Of a stretch of DNA of 62,749 bases, positions 1 to 9,650 are shown piece after piece. Position 1 is the first letter of the stretch, and every line of letters starts with the position of its first letter. A program made the translations under genes and the position numbers. This DNA comes from an uncultured bacterium. GTDB lineage: Bacteria > Muiribacteriota > UBA6191. A model generated the notes under the pieces. That model did no database searches and was not told where the DNA came from. It worked only from the letters and a program-made list of their open reading frames with translations. Location: contig CAZRWM010000002.1 in assembly GCA_964603885.1 (NCBI GenBank), positions 1-62,749 of the forward strand, written 5' to 3'.

Positions 1-100
1 CGGCACCTGTTGTACCTATATACATTCCGGGTCTTAGTCTTACGGCTTCAAGGCCCTCTAATACGGTTATACTACCCGCATCGTATCCTTGTTCACTCAT
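1..100 (-). CDS. gyrB: DNA gyrase subunit B, first 33 codons (gene continues past the left edge)
   Basis: The reverse complement of 1-100 reads [33 protein letters not shown], the conserved GyrB N-terminus (LEGLxAVRxRPGMYIG). A GGAGG sits about 7 nt upstream of the ATG at 100..98. Confidence 0.9.
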   Translation of the reverse strand, partial: MSEQGYDAGSITVLEGLEAVRLRPGMYIGTTGA

Positions 101-371
101 TTTGTCCTCCACTATGTTGAGCCACTGAATCTGAATCCAGAAAACGGAATACTTCATCTCTTTTATACAGCGTTAAAGAATCGACTGTTGAATGATGAAT
201 TACATTGCTATCTACAATTATTTGACTTTTAGTTCTTTTGGAACAGTGTTTTACTTCTTTGTGATTTTGTAATCTGGTTTGTGATTCTTTTTTATAAATT
301 ATTGCCGGGTTCAAAATCATTAATATTTCATCTTTGTCTAGGTAATTATTTTCACCGATATGCAAGAGCAT
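93..371 (-). CDS. RemA/DUF370-like small protein
   Basis: 92 aa. The pattern [16 protein letters not shown]...[24 protein letters not shown] aligns by eye with B. subtilis RemA (LINIGFGN..ISIVSP...[24 protein letters not shown]). It overlaps the gyrB start by 8 nt. Confidence 0.6.
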   Translation of the reverse strand: MLLHIGENNYLDKDEILMILNPAIIYKKESQTRLQNHKEVKHCSKRTKSQIIVDSNVIHHSTVDSLTLYKRDEVFRFLDSDSVAQHSGGQNE

Positions 372-374
372 AAG

Positions 375-1784
375 TCACCTACTCCCACTTTCAAAGTTGC
401 GCTGTAAATATCTTTTTAAATCAAGAATATATTGTGATTTTCCATCTTTATTTTTAACCATCTCGTCAACTTTTCTACATGCATGAGAAGCCGTAACATG
501 ATCTTTACGCTTAAATGACTCAGCTATCTCTTTTAAAGTTTTATTAGTAAGCTCCCGCACTAAATACATACCAACTTGCCTGGCATGAGATATTGGACTC
601 CTTCTGCTGTCACTTAGTAGATCGTCCAAATCTATGTCGTAGTATCGAGAGACTTCTTCCTGAATAACATCAACAGTTAATGCCGGCCTATCAAACTCCG
701 TAAAATCGACCAAAGCATCCTCGATCAAATACCTATCTATTGGACGATTTTGAATGGATGATTTAGTCATCACCGATGTAAACGCACCCTGCAGCTCTCT
801 TACATTACGTGAGACACTGCTTGCAAGAAATTCTATGCATTCACGTCCTATTTCGACATGATGCCTTCGAGATAAATTCTCAATAATTACCATGCGAGTT
901 TCAAGATCGGGTAAATGCATGTCTGCTAGCAAGCCCCCCTTAAAGCGAGAGGTTAATCTGTCTTGTAATCCTTTGATTTGCTGCGGTGTTCTGTCCGCTG
1001 CCAATACTATCTGCTTTTGAGAATCGTTTAAACTGTTATAGGTGTTGTAAAATTCTTCCTGAAAGGCCTCTTTATTAGCAATAAATTGAATGTCATCCAC
1101 TAATAACACATCTACTTGTCTAACTAATCTAAAGTTACTTAATTGCTTTTGGGGATCTCTATTAGGATTTCTCAGAGCTTCCAAATATTCGTTGAGTAAA
1201 GTTTCACATGACACATAACGAATTACTTTATCTGGATAAAGACGATGAATTTCATGAGCTACTGCATGCAATAAATGAGTCTTTCCTAATCCAACCTCTC
1301 CATATATAAACAAGGGATTGTTTAAAGATATACCCGGTTGCTTTGCTACTTGGTACGCAGCCGTAAAAGCGTAAGTATTACTATTTCCTTTGACAAAGTT
1401 AGCGAAAGTAAAATCAGGCTTAAGGTTTGCTGGTTTTGGAGCGACGGGCTTATCAGTCTTCTCGCCAATATCAACCCTTTCAGCTTCGTTTTCATCATCT
1501 TTTTCATCAACTTCCAAGACCTCGAATTCTATGGCGACTTCCTGACCATTAAACAACTCATCGCAGAAAAACTTTTGAATGTGTTTATCAATGCCCTTTA
1601 GTTTTACCGTATCGATCACGGATGAATCGTTCGCACTGAATTGAACACCATGCTTATCTAATTTAATTATTTCCAGGGCTTGCAAAATTAAAACATCTTT
1701 TGACGCCAAGGATGTCCTAAGATTTTGTATTAGATTAGACTTAATCTTCTGATTATCTAGGTATTGGAATAAAATGTTATTCAC
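375..1784 (-). CDS. dnaA: Chromosomal replication initiator DnaA (GTG start)
   Basis: 469 aa. AAA+ Walker A GEVGLGKTHLLHA, Walker B LLVDDIQF, and a C-terminal DnaA-box-binding helix region (ARQVGMYLVRELT...HVTASHACRKV). The acidic linker is typical of domain II. Confidence 0.97.
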   Translation of the reverse strand: MNNILFQYLDNQKIKSNLIQNLRTSLASKDVLILQALEIIKLDKHGVQFSANDSSVIDTVKLKGIDKHIQKFFCDELFNGQEVAIEFEVLEVDEKDDENEAERVDIGEKTDKPVAPKPANLKPDFTFANFVKGNSNTYAFTAAYQVAKQPGISLNNPLFIYGEVGLGKTHLLHAVAHEIHRLYPDKVIRYVSCETLLNEYLEALRNPNRDPQKQLSNFRLVRQVDVLLVDDIQFIANKEAFQEEFYNTYNSLNDSQKQIVLAADRTPQQIKGLQDRLTSRFKGGLLADMHLPDLETRMVIIENLSRRHHVEIGRECIEFLASSVSRNVRELQGAFTSVMTKSSIQNRPIDRYLIEDALVDFTEFDRPALTVDVIQEEVSRYYDIDLDDLLSDSRRSPISHARQVGMYLVRELTNKTLKEIAESFKRKDHVTASHACRKVDEMVKNKDGKSQYILDLKRYLQRNFESGSR

Positions 1785-2453
1785 AAAATTATTAACCTAT
1801 TCACATTCCACTATTAATCAATATTTGCACAATAATGTTTATTTTTGTACTACTATTGATGCGCATTAACACAATTCACTTAAAATTCACATTAATTGTT
1901 TGATAAATGAATAAGTATCAAAAACCAAGCAAATTTGAAGGATTATGATTAACTATCCACATATCTTCACAAAAATTCACAAATTATCAACATTATTGTG
2001 TGAAAAAAAAAACTCCGAAGAGCTTCAATTAAAGCCAATTTATATAGTTATTCACTTATTCACACTCTATAATAGTAATAATAATAAAATTTTTTAAAAT
2101 ATAATATATATATCACTTATTCACAAAGACATTTATTCCTCAAAAACGATTTTAAGCAAAATAGAGCTATTTTTTAGCTTTTTAAGGTCATTAGACCTTT
2201 TGTCTCAGATTTTTGAAAAAAAGGCCCTTTACAGAATCCATTTCACAGCGTTGAAAACAATAAGCCCCGTTTGATTGTATATACCTACAGGATTCATTAA
2301 ACCAAACAAATTTTAGAAGAATTAAGGAAAAGCATATAGAAAATGGGCGAGTCAACAATTTTGTTCACAAAATGCCTAAGTTATTCACAGCCTTATTCAC
2401 AACATAAAACATTCGTAATTATTGAAATGGTGTTTCACAGGATTTGCTAAACA
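1777..2453. other. Chromosomal replication origin (oriC) between dnaA and parB
   Basis: Same-orientation DnaA boxes. Perfect TTATTCACA at 1777, 2056, 2117, 2381 and 2393. Near-matches are CTATTCACA 1797, CTATCCACA 1953, TTATCAACA 1984, TTATTCACT 2048 and TTGTTCACA 2361, plus several xAATTCACA copies at 1870-1981. The region is non-coding and flanked by dnaA and parB. Confidence 0.8.
2068..2113. other. Candidate DNA unwinding element (AT tract) inside oriC
   Basis: 2076-2113 is 38 nt of pure A/T (taataataataaaattttttaaaatataatatatatat), extended to 2068 with a single G. It lies between two perfect DnaA boxes (2056 and 2117). Confidence 0.5.
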
Positions 2454-3326
2454 TTATCCTAAAGTTCTTAATTTATCAATTAAACTTTCTAACTGTTCGG
2501 TTTGTTTAAATTCGATCTCTAGACGAAGGCCTGTCCGAGACGATTTGATTTTGCATGATAGTCCGGTCAATGCCTGTATAGTTTCTTCTTCTGATTCAAA
2601 TCTTGTATTTACTTTTTTCATCTGTGATTTTGTTTCAGAAATTGAGGGGTCTCGAGCAAGAATTTCTTTTACATATCGTTCAATTTGACGCACATTCATA
2701 CCCTGTACGATTACTTCACTGGCAACCTTACGTTGTAAGTCGGTATCCATAAGCGGTAGTAAAGCACGAGCAGCCCCTGGACTGATTAAACCAGATTCTA
2801 AATAATCGAGTATGGCATCAGGTAATTTTAATAATCTTAAGGAGTTCGATATATGTGAGCGACTTTTACCGACCGTTGCAGCCAGGTCCTCATGTGTTAA
2901 TGAGAATTGGCCAATTAGTTTTTGATATGAATGGGCCTCTTCTAATGGACTAAGATCTTCGCGTTGAATATTTTCGATCAATGCATTGACTAGCATTTCT
3001 TGATCATCAAACTGTCGAATAATAGCGGGTATGTGTTCTCTACGTAAAAAAATGAAAGCTCGAAATCGTCTTTCACCAGTTACAATCTCATATTCATTAT
3101 TGTTAGTACTAGATCGTAGCACTACAGGTTGAATTAAATCATTTTTTTGTATTGATTCAGCTAATTCCTGAATTGACTCCGTAGTGAAGGATCTCCTTGG
3201 CTGAAAAGGATTAGGCACTATACGAGATATCTCTATGTTTTGTACCTGGCCATCATATGCTGAGTCAGAGTTTCCTTTTAACAGGGCTCCCAAACCTCTT
3301 CCTAATACTCTTTTTGATGTAGACAT
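2454..3326 (-). CDS. parB: Chromosome partitioning protein ParB/Spo0J
   Basis: 290 aa. N-terminal RGLGALL, the ParB box IVTGERRFRA, and an HTH region (LTHEDLAATVGKSRSHISNSLRLLKLP). Confidence 0.95.
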   Translation of the reverse strand: MSTSKRVLGRGLGALLKGNSDSAYDGQVQNIEISRIVPNPFQPRRSFTTESIQELAESIQKNDLIQPVVLRSSTNNNEYEIVTGERRFRAFIFLRREHIPAIIRQFDDQEMLVNALIENIQREDLSPLEEAHSYQKLIGQFSLTHEDLAATVGKSRSHISNSLRLLKLPDAILDYLESGLISPGAARALLPLMDTDLQRKVASEVIVQGMNVRQIERYVKEILARDPSISETKSQMKKVNTRFESEEETIQALTGLSCKIKSSRTGLRLEIEFKQTEQLESLIDKLRTLG

Positions 3327-4081
3327 TGTACAAATTCCTTAGTAAATTCTCGGTAATTTAAGGCACCTTTAGACTTCGGGTCATAATAAATAATAGGAAG
3401 CCCATGACTGGGTGCTTCGGACAATTTAACATTTCGACTTATTACGGTATTAAAGACATGTTGCGGTATATGTTGCTGTACTTCTTCTATAATCTGGCTT
3501 GTCAAATTAGTGCGGTGATCTGCCATGGTTAGTAAGACACCTAAAATATTGATTGACGGATTTAAGTCAGATTTTACAAGATCAATTGTGCTAAGTAATT
3601 GGGTGAGACCTTCTAAAGCAAAATACTCACACTGTAACGGTATCAGTAGATCAGTAGAGGCCGCTAATGCATTAACTGTCAAGAGTCCTAATGAAGGTGG
3701 GCAATCGATTATGATTACATCATAGTTCTCATACGCTTTATTGAGCGCGCGTTTTAGTTTATTTTCTCTGGATAATTCACCAACCAGTTCAATTTCAGCA
3801 CCAGCTAATTGAATTGTTGCAGGTATTATATTAAGTGAGTTCAGGGAGCTTGGATGTATAACATCTTCCAACTCACAATCGTTGATTAATACATTATAAA
3901 TACACTTACGATAAGAATTTTTTTCCAAACCTAAACCACTTGAGGCATTACCTTGGGGATCTAGATCAATAGCTAATACTTTAAGTTTATACTCCTCTGT
4001 TAATATTGAAGCTACACTCACCATGGTGGTTGTTTTACCAACTCCACCTTTCTGGTTTACAACAGATATTATTCGCGCCAT
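3302..4081 (-). CDS. parA: Chromosome partitioning ATPase ParA/Soj
   Basis: 259 aa. Deviant Walker A NQKGGVGKTT, then DLDPQGN and IIDCPPSLG. It overlaps parB by 25 nt. Confidence 0.95.
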   Translation of the reverse strand: MARIISVVNQKGGVGKTTTMVSVASILTEEYKLKVLAIDLDPQGNASSGLGLEKNSYRKCIYNVLINDCELEDVIHPSSLNSLNIIPATIQLAGAEIELVGELSRENKLKRALNKAYENYDVIIIDCPPSLGLLTVNALAASTDLLIPLQCEYFALEGLTQLLSTIDLVKSDLNPSINILGVLLTMADHRTNLTSQIIEEVQQHIPQHVFNTVISRNVKLSEAPSHGLPIIYYDPKSKGALNYREFTKEFVQCLHQKEY

Positions 4082-4143
4082 AGACTAAAATCTCCCGAAA
4101 AAGAATGCGAAACAGTTTATCACAGGCTTTAGCTATGCTAAAG

Positions 4144-5763
4144 CTATTGTGGAATTAGCTTATGCAGCTGATTAATTGGAGTATTGAAATATATGGAGAG
4201 ACGATGATAGAGCATACGCGGATTATCGGAGGATACTTGGAGTTGTTGTATTTTATTAAGGATTTCAGATAATTTCATGGAACCAAAAAGTAGTTCACCA
4301 ATTTTCGTGCATTGCCAATGATATGCATAAAAGAGATTTTTGCGCGCTCGGTTTCTTGATGATTTATAAAGGGATTTTAAGGATAAAGGGTATAAAGATA
4401 AATATTGCACCTGCTTATAATTTAGCCCGTGAATCGACGGATTCCAAGAAGTTTTCGAATTAGCGATACTGTCTATTAGCCATAGTGGCGGTAATAATTC
4501 TGTGGAACTTCCGGTAGTTAAATTGTACTTTAATAATCTCAAATACAACCTGTTTCTCATCAAAACGGTTCGCCAAACATCTTTAGACCAAAATATAGAT
4601 TGAGTCGATACAATCAACTTACAATCTATCGGGTCAAAAACAAAAGGTACCGATAGATTTGCCCATCGTACAGGTAAGATAATTCCTAGCTTTGACTTTA
4701 AAGTCTTAGATGCATCGATGGCGCGGTTCAATAACATATCAGGAAGATGATTTGAGTAAATAAACTTTATTTCTGATTCTCTGCGAGTGAGAGTTTGCGA
4801 CGTAGGATTTGTTGGAAATGAAAACACTTTAGGGAAGATATAACTTAAACTCAATCCTAAAGAATTCCGCAGATTTAAATTGTCGTTGATTACTAAATTT
4901 ATTTTAGGTAACCAAAAGGGGTTATTTAAAAGTTTTAAAAATGCGTCCCAATAATCTGATGTGAAAGTAAATTTAGATAAGGTTAGGAGATCTAGAACAA
5001 GAATCGGATATTTGTTCACCAAGTGAGCAGGCGGAGTATAATCGGATGTTCTGATCAAGAAACCTAGATGCTCTGCATCCATTAAAATATTGTCATTATT
5101 TTGGCTCTCAAGTCCATAATTAAGTTGATTAAACGTTTCAACATGAGGAAGAAAATAGTCGTTAATACTCTTAGTAACACTATTTTGTAGCTTAAATTGC
5201 GATGACAAAGCTTTAGATCTCAAGCGATGATAGTCAAGAATTTGATAAGGATCTAGATGCTCGTTTTGTAAATAAAGTTTTTGATTTTCTAACTCGCCAC
5301 GCTGGTAAAAATATTCGGATAAAGTATATTTATTAGATTGAAATTCTTGATCTGAGATTGTCATTCCTCTAAATAGTTTTTCTCTAATGACAAGATAATC
5401 CAATAAATCGTAAACATTCTCTTTAGATTCATAATCAAGATCTAAATTATTTAAATCATCGTAATGGACAAGAAAAATTATCTTCAAAGTGGGTCTGTTT
5501 AATTTATCTAGTAAAGAAATAATATTTTGATTAGCAAGAGGATGATTACGCTTTAATAAAAAACACCAAGCATGCAAGGCTTTCTGATAATGCATCTTCT
5601 TCATAGAGTTCAAGGCAAATTTTTCGATCCACTTCAGACTATTTTGATGAAATATTTCGTTCTCACCAAGGGCTAAAAAAGGATTAGGTAAGAATTTTAA
5701 ATCGGGAGAATAGCTAAAGCTTAAGATTCTGAAAATAAATAGAAAGCTTATTAATACTTTCAT
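4144..5763 (-). CDS. Hypothetical secreted protein (539 aa), no recognisable domain
   Basis: Long ORF with an N-terminal signal-like segment MKVLISFLFIFRILSFS and a 4-nt overlap with upstream mnmG. It occupies the slot where rsmG usually sits. Confidence 0.6.
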   Translation of the reverse strand: MKVLISFLFIFRILSFSYSPDLKFLPNPFLALGENEIFHQNSLKWIEKFALNSMKKMHYQKALHAWCFLLKRNHPLANQNIISLLDKLNRPTLKIIFLVHYDDLNNLDLDYESKENVYDLLDYLVIREKLFRGMTISDQEFQSNKYTLSEYFYQRGELENQKLYLQNEHLDPYQILDYHRLRSKALSSQFKLQNSVTKSINDYFLPHVETFNQLNYGLESQNNDNILMDAEHLGFLIRTSDYTPPAHLVNKYPILVLDLLTLSKFTFTSDYWDAFLKLLNNPFWLPKINLVINDNLNLRNSLGLSLSYIFPKVFSFPTNPTSQTLTRRESEIKFIYSNHLPDMLLNRAIDASKTLKSKLGIILPVRWANLSVPFVFDPIDCKLIVSTQSIFWSKDVWRTVLMRNRLYLRLLKYNLTTGSSTELLPPLWLIDSIANSKTSWNPSIHGLNYKQVQYLSLYPLSLKSLYKSSRNRARKNLFYAYHWQCTKIGELLFGSMKLSEILNKIQQLQVSSDNPRMLYHRLSIYFNTPINQLHKLIPQ

Positions 5764-7634
5764 GCAGGCTTTTTAATATGATGCAGCAGTAATGCCAAAT
5801 CACTTTGACGAACCCCTGCTATGAGAGAAGCCTGTGACATATCAACAGGCTTTACTTCTTGCAGTTTCTCGCGTCCCTCGTTGGATAGCGCACTAATTCC
5901 AGAATAGTCAAAATTATCTGGTATTTTTAGTTGGTGAAAGCTGGCTTGTTTCGCTAAAACTTGCTTCTGTTTTTGTATATACCCATCGTATTTAATTTGT
6001 ACTTCAGTTTCTTTAATAATATCGGTACTGTAAGACTTAAATAAATTACTGCATTGTTCAAAGTTTTGGGCAAGCGTAAAACAATTAATTTCCGGTCTTT
6101 TTAAGAGATCGGATAGTGATCGGCGGCCTGAAAATCCAGAGGTTTTTATAGATGATATTCCTGGATGGTTGTCGTGTACTCTGAAGTTATCCAAAAATGA
6201 TTGAATTCTATGTATATCTTTTTGTTTTGAATTTAATTGTCTCAATCTCATTGTACTGGCTAAACCTGCTGCGTGAGACAGCTCAGTTAACCTAGCGTCT
6301 GCATTATCATGTCGAATATAAGTTCGATGTTCGACCAATGAAGAAAACATTCGATATGGTTCTTTGGTGCCCTTGGTTACTAGATCATTGATTAATACAC
6401 CAGTATAGGAATTAGACCTATTTATATCGATAGGCTCCTTATTCTGTAAACTACGCGCTGCATTAATTCCAGCCACAATACCTTGGCTAGCTGCCTCTTC
6501 ATAACCAGATGTTCCGTTTATTTGACCTGCAAAAAACAAATTCTTAATCAATTTACTTTGTAGGCTAGGATACAGTTGAATGGGGTTAAAGAAATCATAT
6601 TCAACAGCATATCCAGGACGAAGAATCTGTGCATTTTCAAGACCCGGTATTGTCTTTATTAGCTTTATTTGTAATTCGTGAGGTAATGATGTGCTAAAGC
6701 CTTGAAGGTAAATTTCGTGATTAAATCTACTTTCAGGCTCCAAATACAACAAATGACTTTTTTTATCAGGAAATTTTTTAAATTTATCCTCAATACTCGG
6801 GCAATATCGAGGACCAATACCTTCGATTTGACCAGAAAATAAAGGACTTCTATGAAAATTTCGTTGCATCAGATTTTTTGTTTTATCTGTCGTTTTAGTT
6901 ATGTAACAAGGTATTTGTTCGCATTTTATAGCTTTGGACATAAAAGAGAACTGAGGCATAGGATCATCACCTATTTCAACTTCTAATCCACAAATATCAA
7001 CACTTCGATCTAAAATTCGAGGGGGAGTACCCGTTTTTAATCTACCTTTTTTTATTCCCAAAGTCTTTAAAGATGAGGCTAAATGGAAACTTGGTGGCTC
7101 ACCAATTCGGCCTGCTTTAATTTGAGTTTCACCGATATGGCAAACACCATTAAGGAAAGTACCAGTTGTTATAATCACGGCTTTGCAGTGATAGATTTGA
7201 TTAGCTAATGTTTTAACCCCAACTATTTCGTCTTGATGAGTCAAAACTTCAGTGACTATACCCTGTTGTAATACCAAATTCTTTTGTTGTTCTAGGCACC
7301 GTTTCATTTCGGCTTGATATAACACTTTATCAGCCTGGGCTCTATAAGCTTGAATTGCGGGTCCCTTTTTCTTATTTAAGGTACGAATCTGTAAAAGTGT
7401 TTTATCTATGGTTAAACCCATTTGCCCACCCAGTGCATCTATTTCTCGCACAAGATGACCTTTAGCGCTCCCTCCAATCGACGGATTACAGGGCATCAGA
7501 GCAACTTTATCTATGTTAATAGTTAGCACTAGGGTATTAAATCCCATTCGGGCAGATGCTAAACTTGCTTCAACTCCTGCATGACCCGCACCAATTACAA
7601 TAATGTCATAAAATTTATGGGGATTCTGTGTCAT
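5760..7634 (-). CDS. mnmG: tRNA uridine 5-carboxymethylaminomethyl modification enzyme MnmG/GidA (copy 1, canonical motifs)
   Basis: 624 aa. Motifs VIGAGHAGVEA, MPCNPSIGG, TGTPPRI, GPRYCPSIEDK and FAGQINGTSGYEEAASQG, plus a full C-terminal helical domain. Confidence 0.95.
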   Translation of the reverse strand: MTQNPHKFYDIIVIGAGHAGVEASLASARMGFNTLVLTINIDKVALMPCNPSIGGSAKGHLVREIDALGGQMGLTIDKTLLQIRTLNKKKGPAIQAYRAQADKVLYQAEMKRCLEQQKNLVLQQGIVTEVLTHQDEIVGVKTLANQIYHCKAVIITTGTFLNGVCHIGETQIKAGRIGEPPSFHLASSLKTLGIKKGRLKTGTPPRILDRSVDICGLEVEIGDDPMPQFSFMSKAIKCEQIPCYITKTTDKTKNLMQRNFHRSPLFSGQIEGIGPRYCPSIEDKFKKFPDKKSHLLYLEPESRFNHEIYLQGFSTSLPHELQIKLIKTIPGLENAQILRPGYAVEYDFFNPIQLYPSLQSKLIKNLFFAGQINGTSGYEEAASQGIVAGINAARSLQNKEPIDINRSNSYTGVLINDLVTKGTKEPYRMFSSLVEHRTYIRHDNADARLTELSHAAGLASTMRLRQLNSKQKDIHRIQSFLDNFRVHDNHPGISSIKTSGFSGRRSLSDLLKRPEINCFTLAQNFEQCSNLFKSYSTDIIKETEVQIKYDGYIQKQKQVLAKQASFHQLKIPDNFDYSGISALSNEGREKLQEVKPVDMSQASLIAGVRQSDLALLLHHIKKPA

Positions 7635-9484
7635 AAAACCCCTTGCTTATAGTGGTGAATTAGTATAGCCAAATCAGAAGTCTTAAATCCTCTAATTCGC
7701 GATATTTGCCCAATACTGTATGGAGATAGATTGATTAGTTGATCCTTAACATCTGAGCTAAGTCCCGTGACATTAGAAAAATGACAATTATCAGTTAATA
7801 TCATGGAATCAAGTTCATTTACGTGATGAATTCTACGTTGTAATTTATCAATAAAAATGGAGTATTTGAGTCGAATTTCGAGTGCAAGATGGTGTTTGGT
7901 ATCAAATTCCGATGAATATCCAAAATTAGCCGTATGAGCATATTCAATTTCTGACCGTGCCAATAATTGCGCCATTGAAATAGGTTTGTTGATATGGGAG
8001 GAACCTAGCTTTTGAAGTATTGTTAAATTTTGTTTGTTTGGCTTTATAATATGTGCGCTTAAGTTATCAATTTCTTTCGTAACTTCTTCAGTGGCTTTTA
8101 TTACTGACTGGTAACGTTCCCTACTTACCAACCCTAGTTTGTAGCCAATTGGTGTAAGCCTTTCCTCAGCATTGTCACTTCTTAGAACTAATCGAAATTC
8201 TGAACTCGATGTCGTAACACGCAAAGGTTCATGCCGATCATTAGTTACAAGCTCATCTATCATAGCTGCTATGTATGATGAAGTAACAGGCAATACAAAA
8301 GGCTTTTTGTTATGAGATTTAAGATGAGCGTTTACACCAGCAATTAGTCCTTGAGCAGCGGCTTCCTCGTAACCTGATGTACCGTTAATTTGACCACAGG
8401 TAAATAATCCACTTACATGCTTGTGTTCACAGGTTTTTTTTAGTTGAGTAGCTTTAACAGCGTCATATTCAATAGCATATCCATAACGCATTATTTTTGC
8501 GTTTTGTAGTCCTTTAATTGAATGGACTATTTTTTCTTGAATTTCAGCCGGTAAGGAGGTGGTGACACCTTGTAAATACCATTCATCATGATAATTTGAC
8601 TCTGGCTCAAGAAATATCTGATGAACATCTGTATCTGGAAAATTGAGTACCTTGCGATCAATACTTGGGCAATGTTTAGGACCGTTTGGAGTTATATTAC
8701 CAATTTTTAGTGGCGATTTTTTAATATTAGTTTTGATCAGCCGAATAGTTTCCGAATTTGTATATGTTAAGAAACAGGAACGCTGCTCAGGTTTACTGGA
8801 ACGTCCAGTAAAAGTTTTCATATGAAGATGTCCAGATAATTCTTTTAAGCCATCAAAATCAATACTTGATCCAGCTATTCGTGGTGGTGTAGCTGTTTGT
8901 AGACGATGAACTTTTATTCCCAATTCATACAAAGAGTTTGTCAGCTCTAAAGCAGGGGCTTCATTTGACGGGCCGCCGGGGACTTTCGAATCGCCCACAA
9001 TAATTTTGCCATTGAGAAAAGTTCCAGTAGCTAAAACTACACAAGGTGCATAAAATTTGAGACCAGTAATAATTTTTACACCAGTAATCACGGAATTTTC
9101 ATGTAAAAGTTGAGTAACCTCTCCTTGAATTAATTCGATATTTGGATGTCGTTCAATTTGTTGTTTAACATGAATATGGTAAAGGTGTTTGTCAGCCTGA
9201 GCTCTTAGTGCTCTGACGGCGGGGCCGCGACTCTCGTTCAATTCCCTTATTTGTAAATAAGTATCATCCACAAAAGAAGCAATTTTTCCACCCAAGGCAT
9301 GGATTTCTCTTACAAGATGACCTTTTCCAGGGCCTCCCACTGAAGGATTGCATGGCATCATCGCTATACAATTGAGATTAGTGCATAACAAAAGGACGCG
9401 ACTACCTAGAGTGGCAGCAGCAAATGCAGCCTCTGTGCCAGCATGACCAGCCCCTATAATAATTACATCAAACTTGGTATTCAT
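7631..9484 (-). CDS. Second full-length MnmG/GidA-family paralogue (copy 2, more divergent)
   Basis: 617 aa. Motifs IIGAGHAGTEA, MPCNPSVGG, TATPPRI, GPKHCPSIDRK and CGQINGTSGYEEAAAQG. A 4-nt ATGA overlap links it to copy 1. Confidence 0.9.
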   Translation of the reverse strand: MNTKFDVIIIGAGHAGTEAAFAAATLGSRVLLLCTNLNCIAMMPCNPSVGGPGKGHLVREIHALGGKIASFVDDTYLQIRELNESRGPAVRALRAQADKHLYHIHVKQQIERHPNIELIQGEVTQLLHENSVITGVKIITGLKFYAPCVVLATGTFLNGKIIVGDSKVPGGPSNEAPALELTNSLYELGIKVHRLQTATPPRIAGSSIDFDGLKELSGHLHMKTFTGRSSKPEQRSCFLTYTNSETIRLIKTNIKKSPLKIGNITPNGPKHCPSIDRKVLNFPDTDVHQIFLEPESNYHDEWYLQGVTTSLPAEIQEKIVHSIKGLQNAKIMRYGYAIEYDAVKATQLKKTCEHKHVSGLFTCGQINGTSGYEEAAAQGLIAGVNAHLKSHNKKPFVLPVTSSYIAAMIDELVTNDRHEPLRVTTSSSEFRLVLRSDNAEERLTPIGYKLGLVSRERYQSVIKATEEVTKEIDNLSAHIIKPNKQNLTILQKLGSSHINKPISMAQLLARSEIEYAHTANFGYSSEFDTKHHLALEIRLKYSIFIDKLQRRIHHVNELDSMILTDNCHFSNVTGLSSDVKDQLINLSPYSIGQISRIRGFKTSDLAILIHHYKQGVL

Positions 9485-9650
9485 AAGATAATAGCGAGAC
9501 GAGGAGTATAATAGGGAACCAAACTAGCGTCTATCGTACAAGACGAATTAGTGCCGTATAACATGCAATTTTTCACATAAATTAGTTTGTTTTGTATGCA
9601 CTACAGTAATTGTTCACATTTTGTGAGAAGCAAGTGAATAATCAATATTA

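Noticed and set aside
2431-2446. parS half-site TGTTTCAC just downstream of the parB stop
   Set aside because: Only the left half matches. The right half (AGGATTTG) shares 2 of 8 positions with GTGAAACA.
4126-4144. Hairpin GCTTTAGC-tat-GCTAAAGC at the end of the 539-aa gene as a terminator
   Set aside because: No U-tract follows on the transcribed (minus) strand, and parA starts 60 nt further on in what looks like the same operon.
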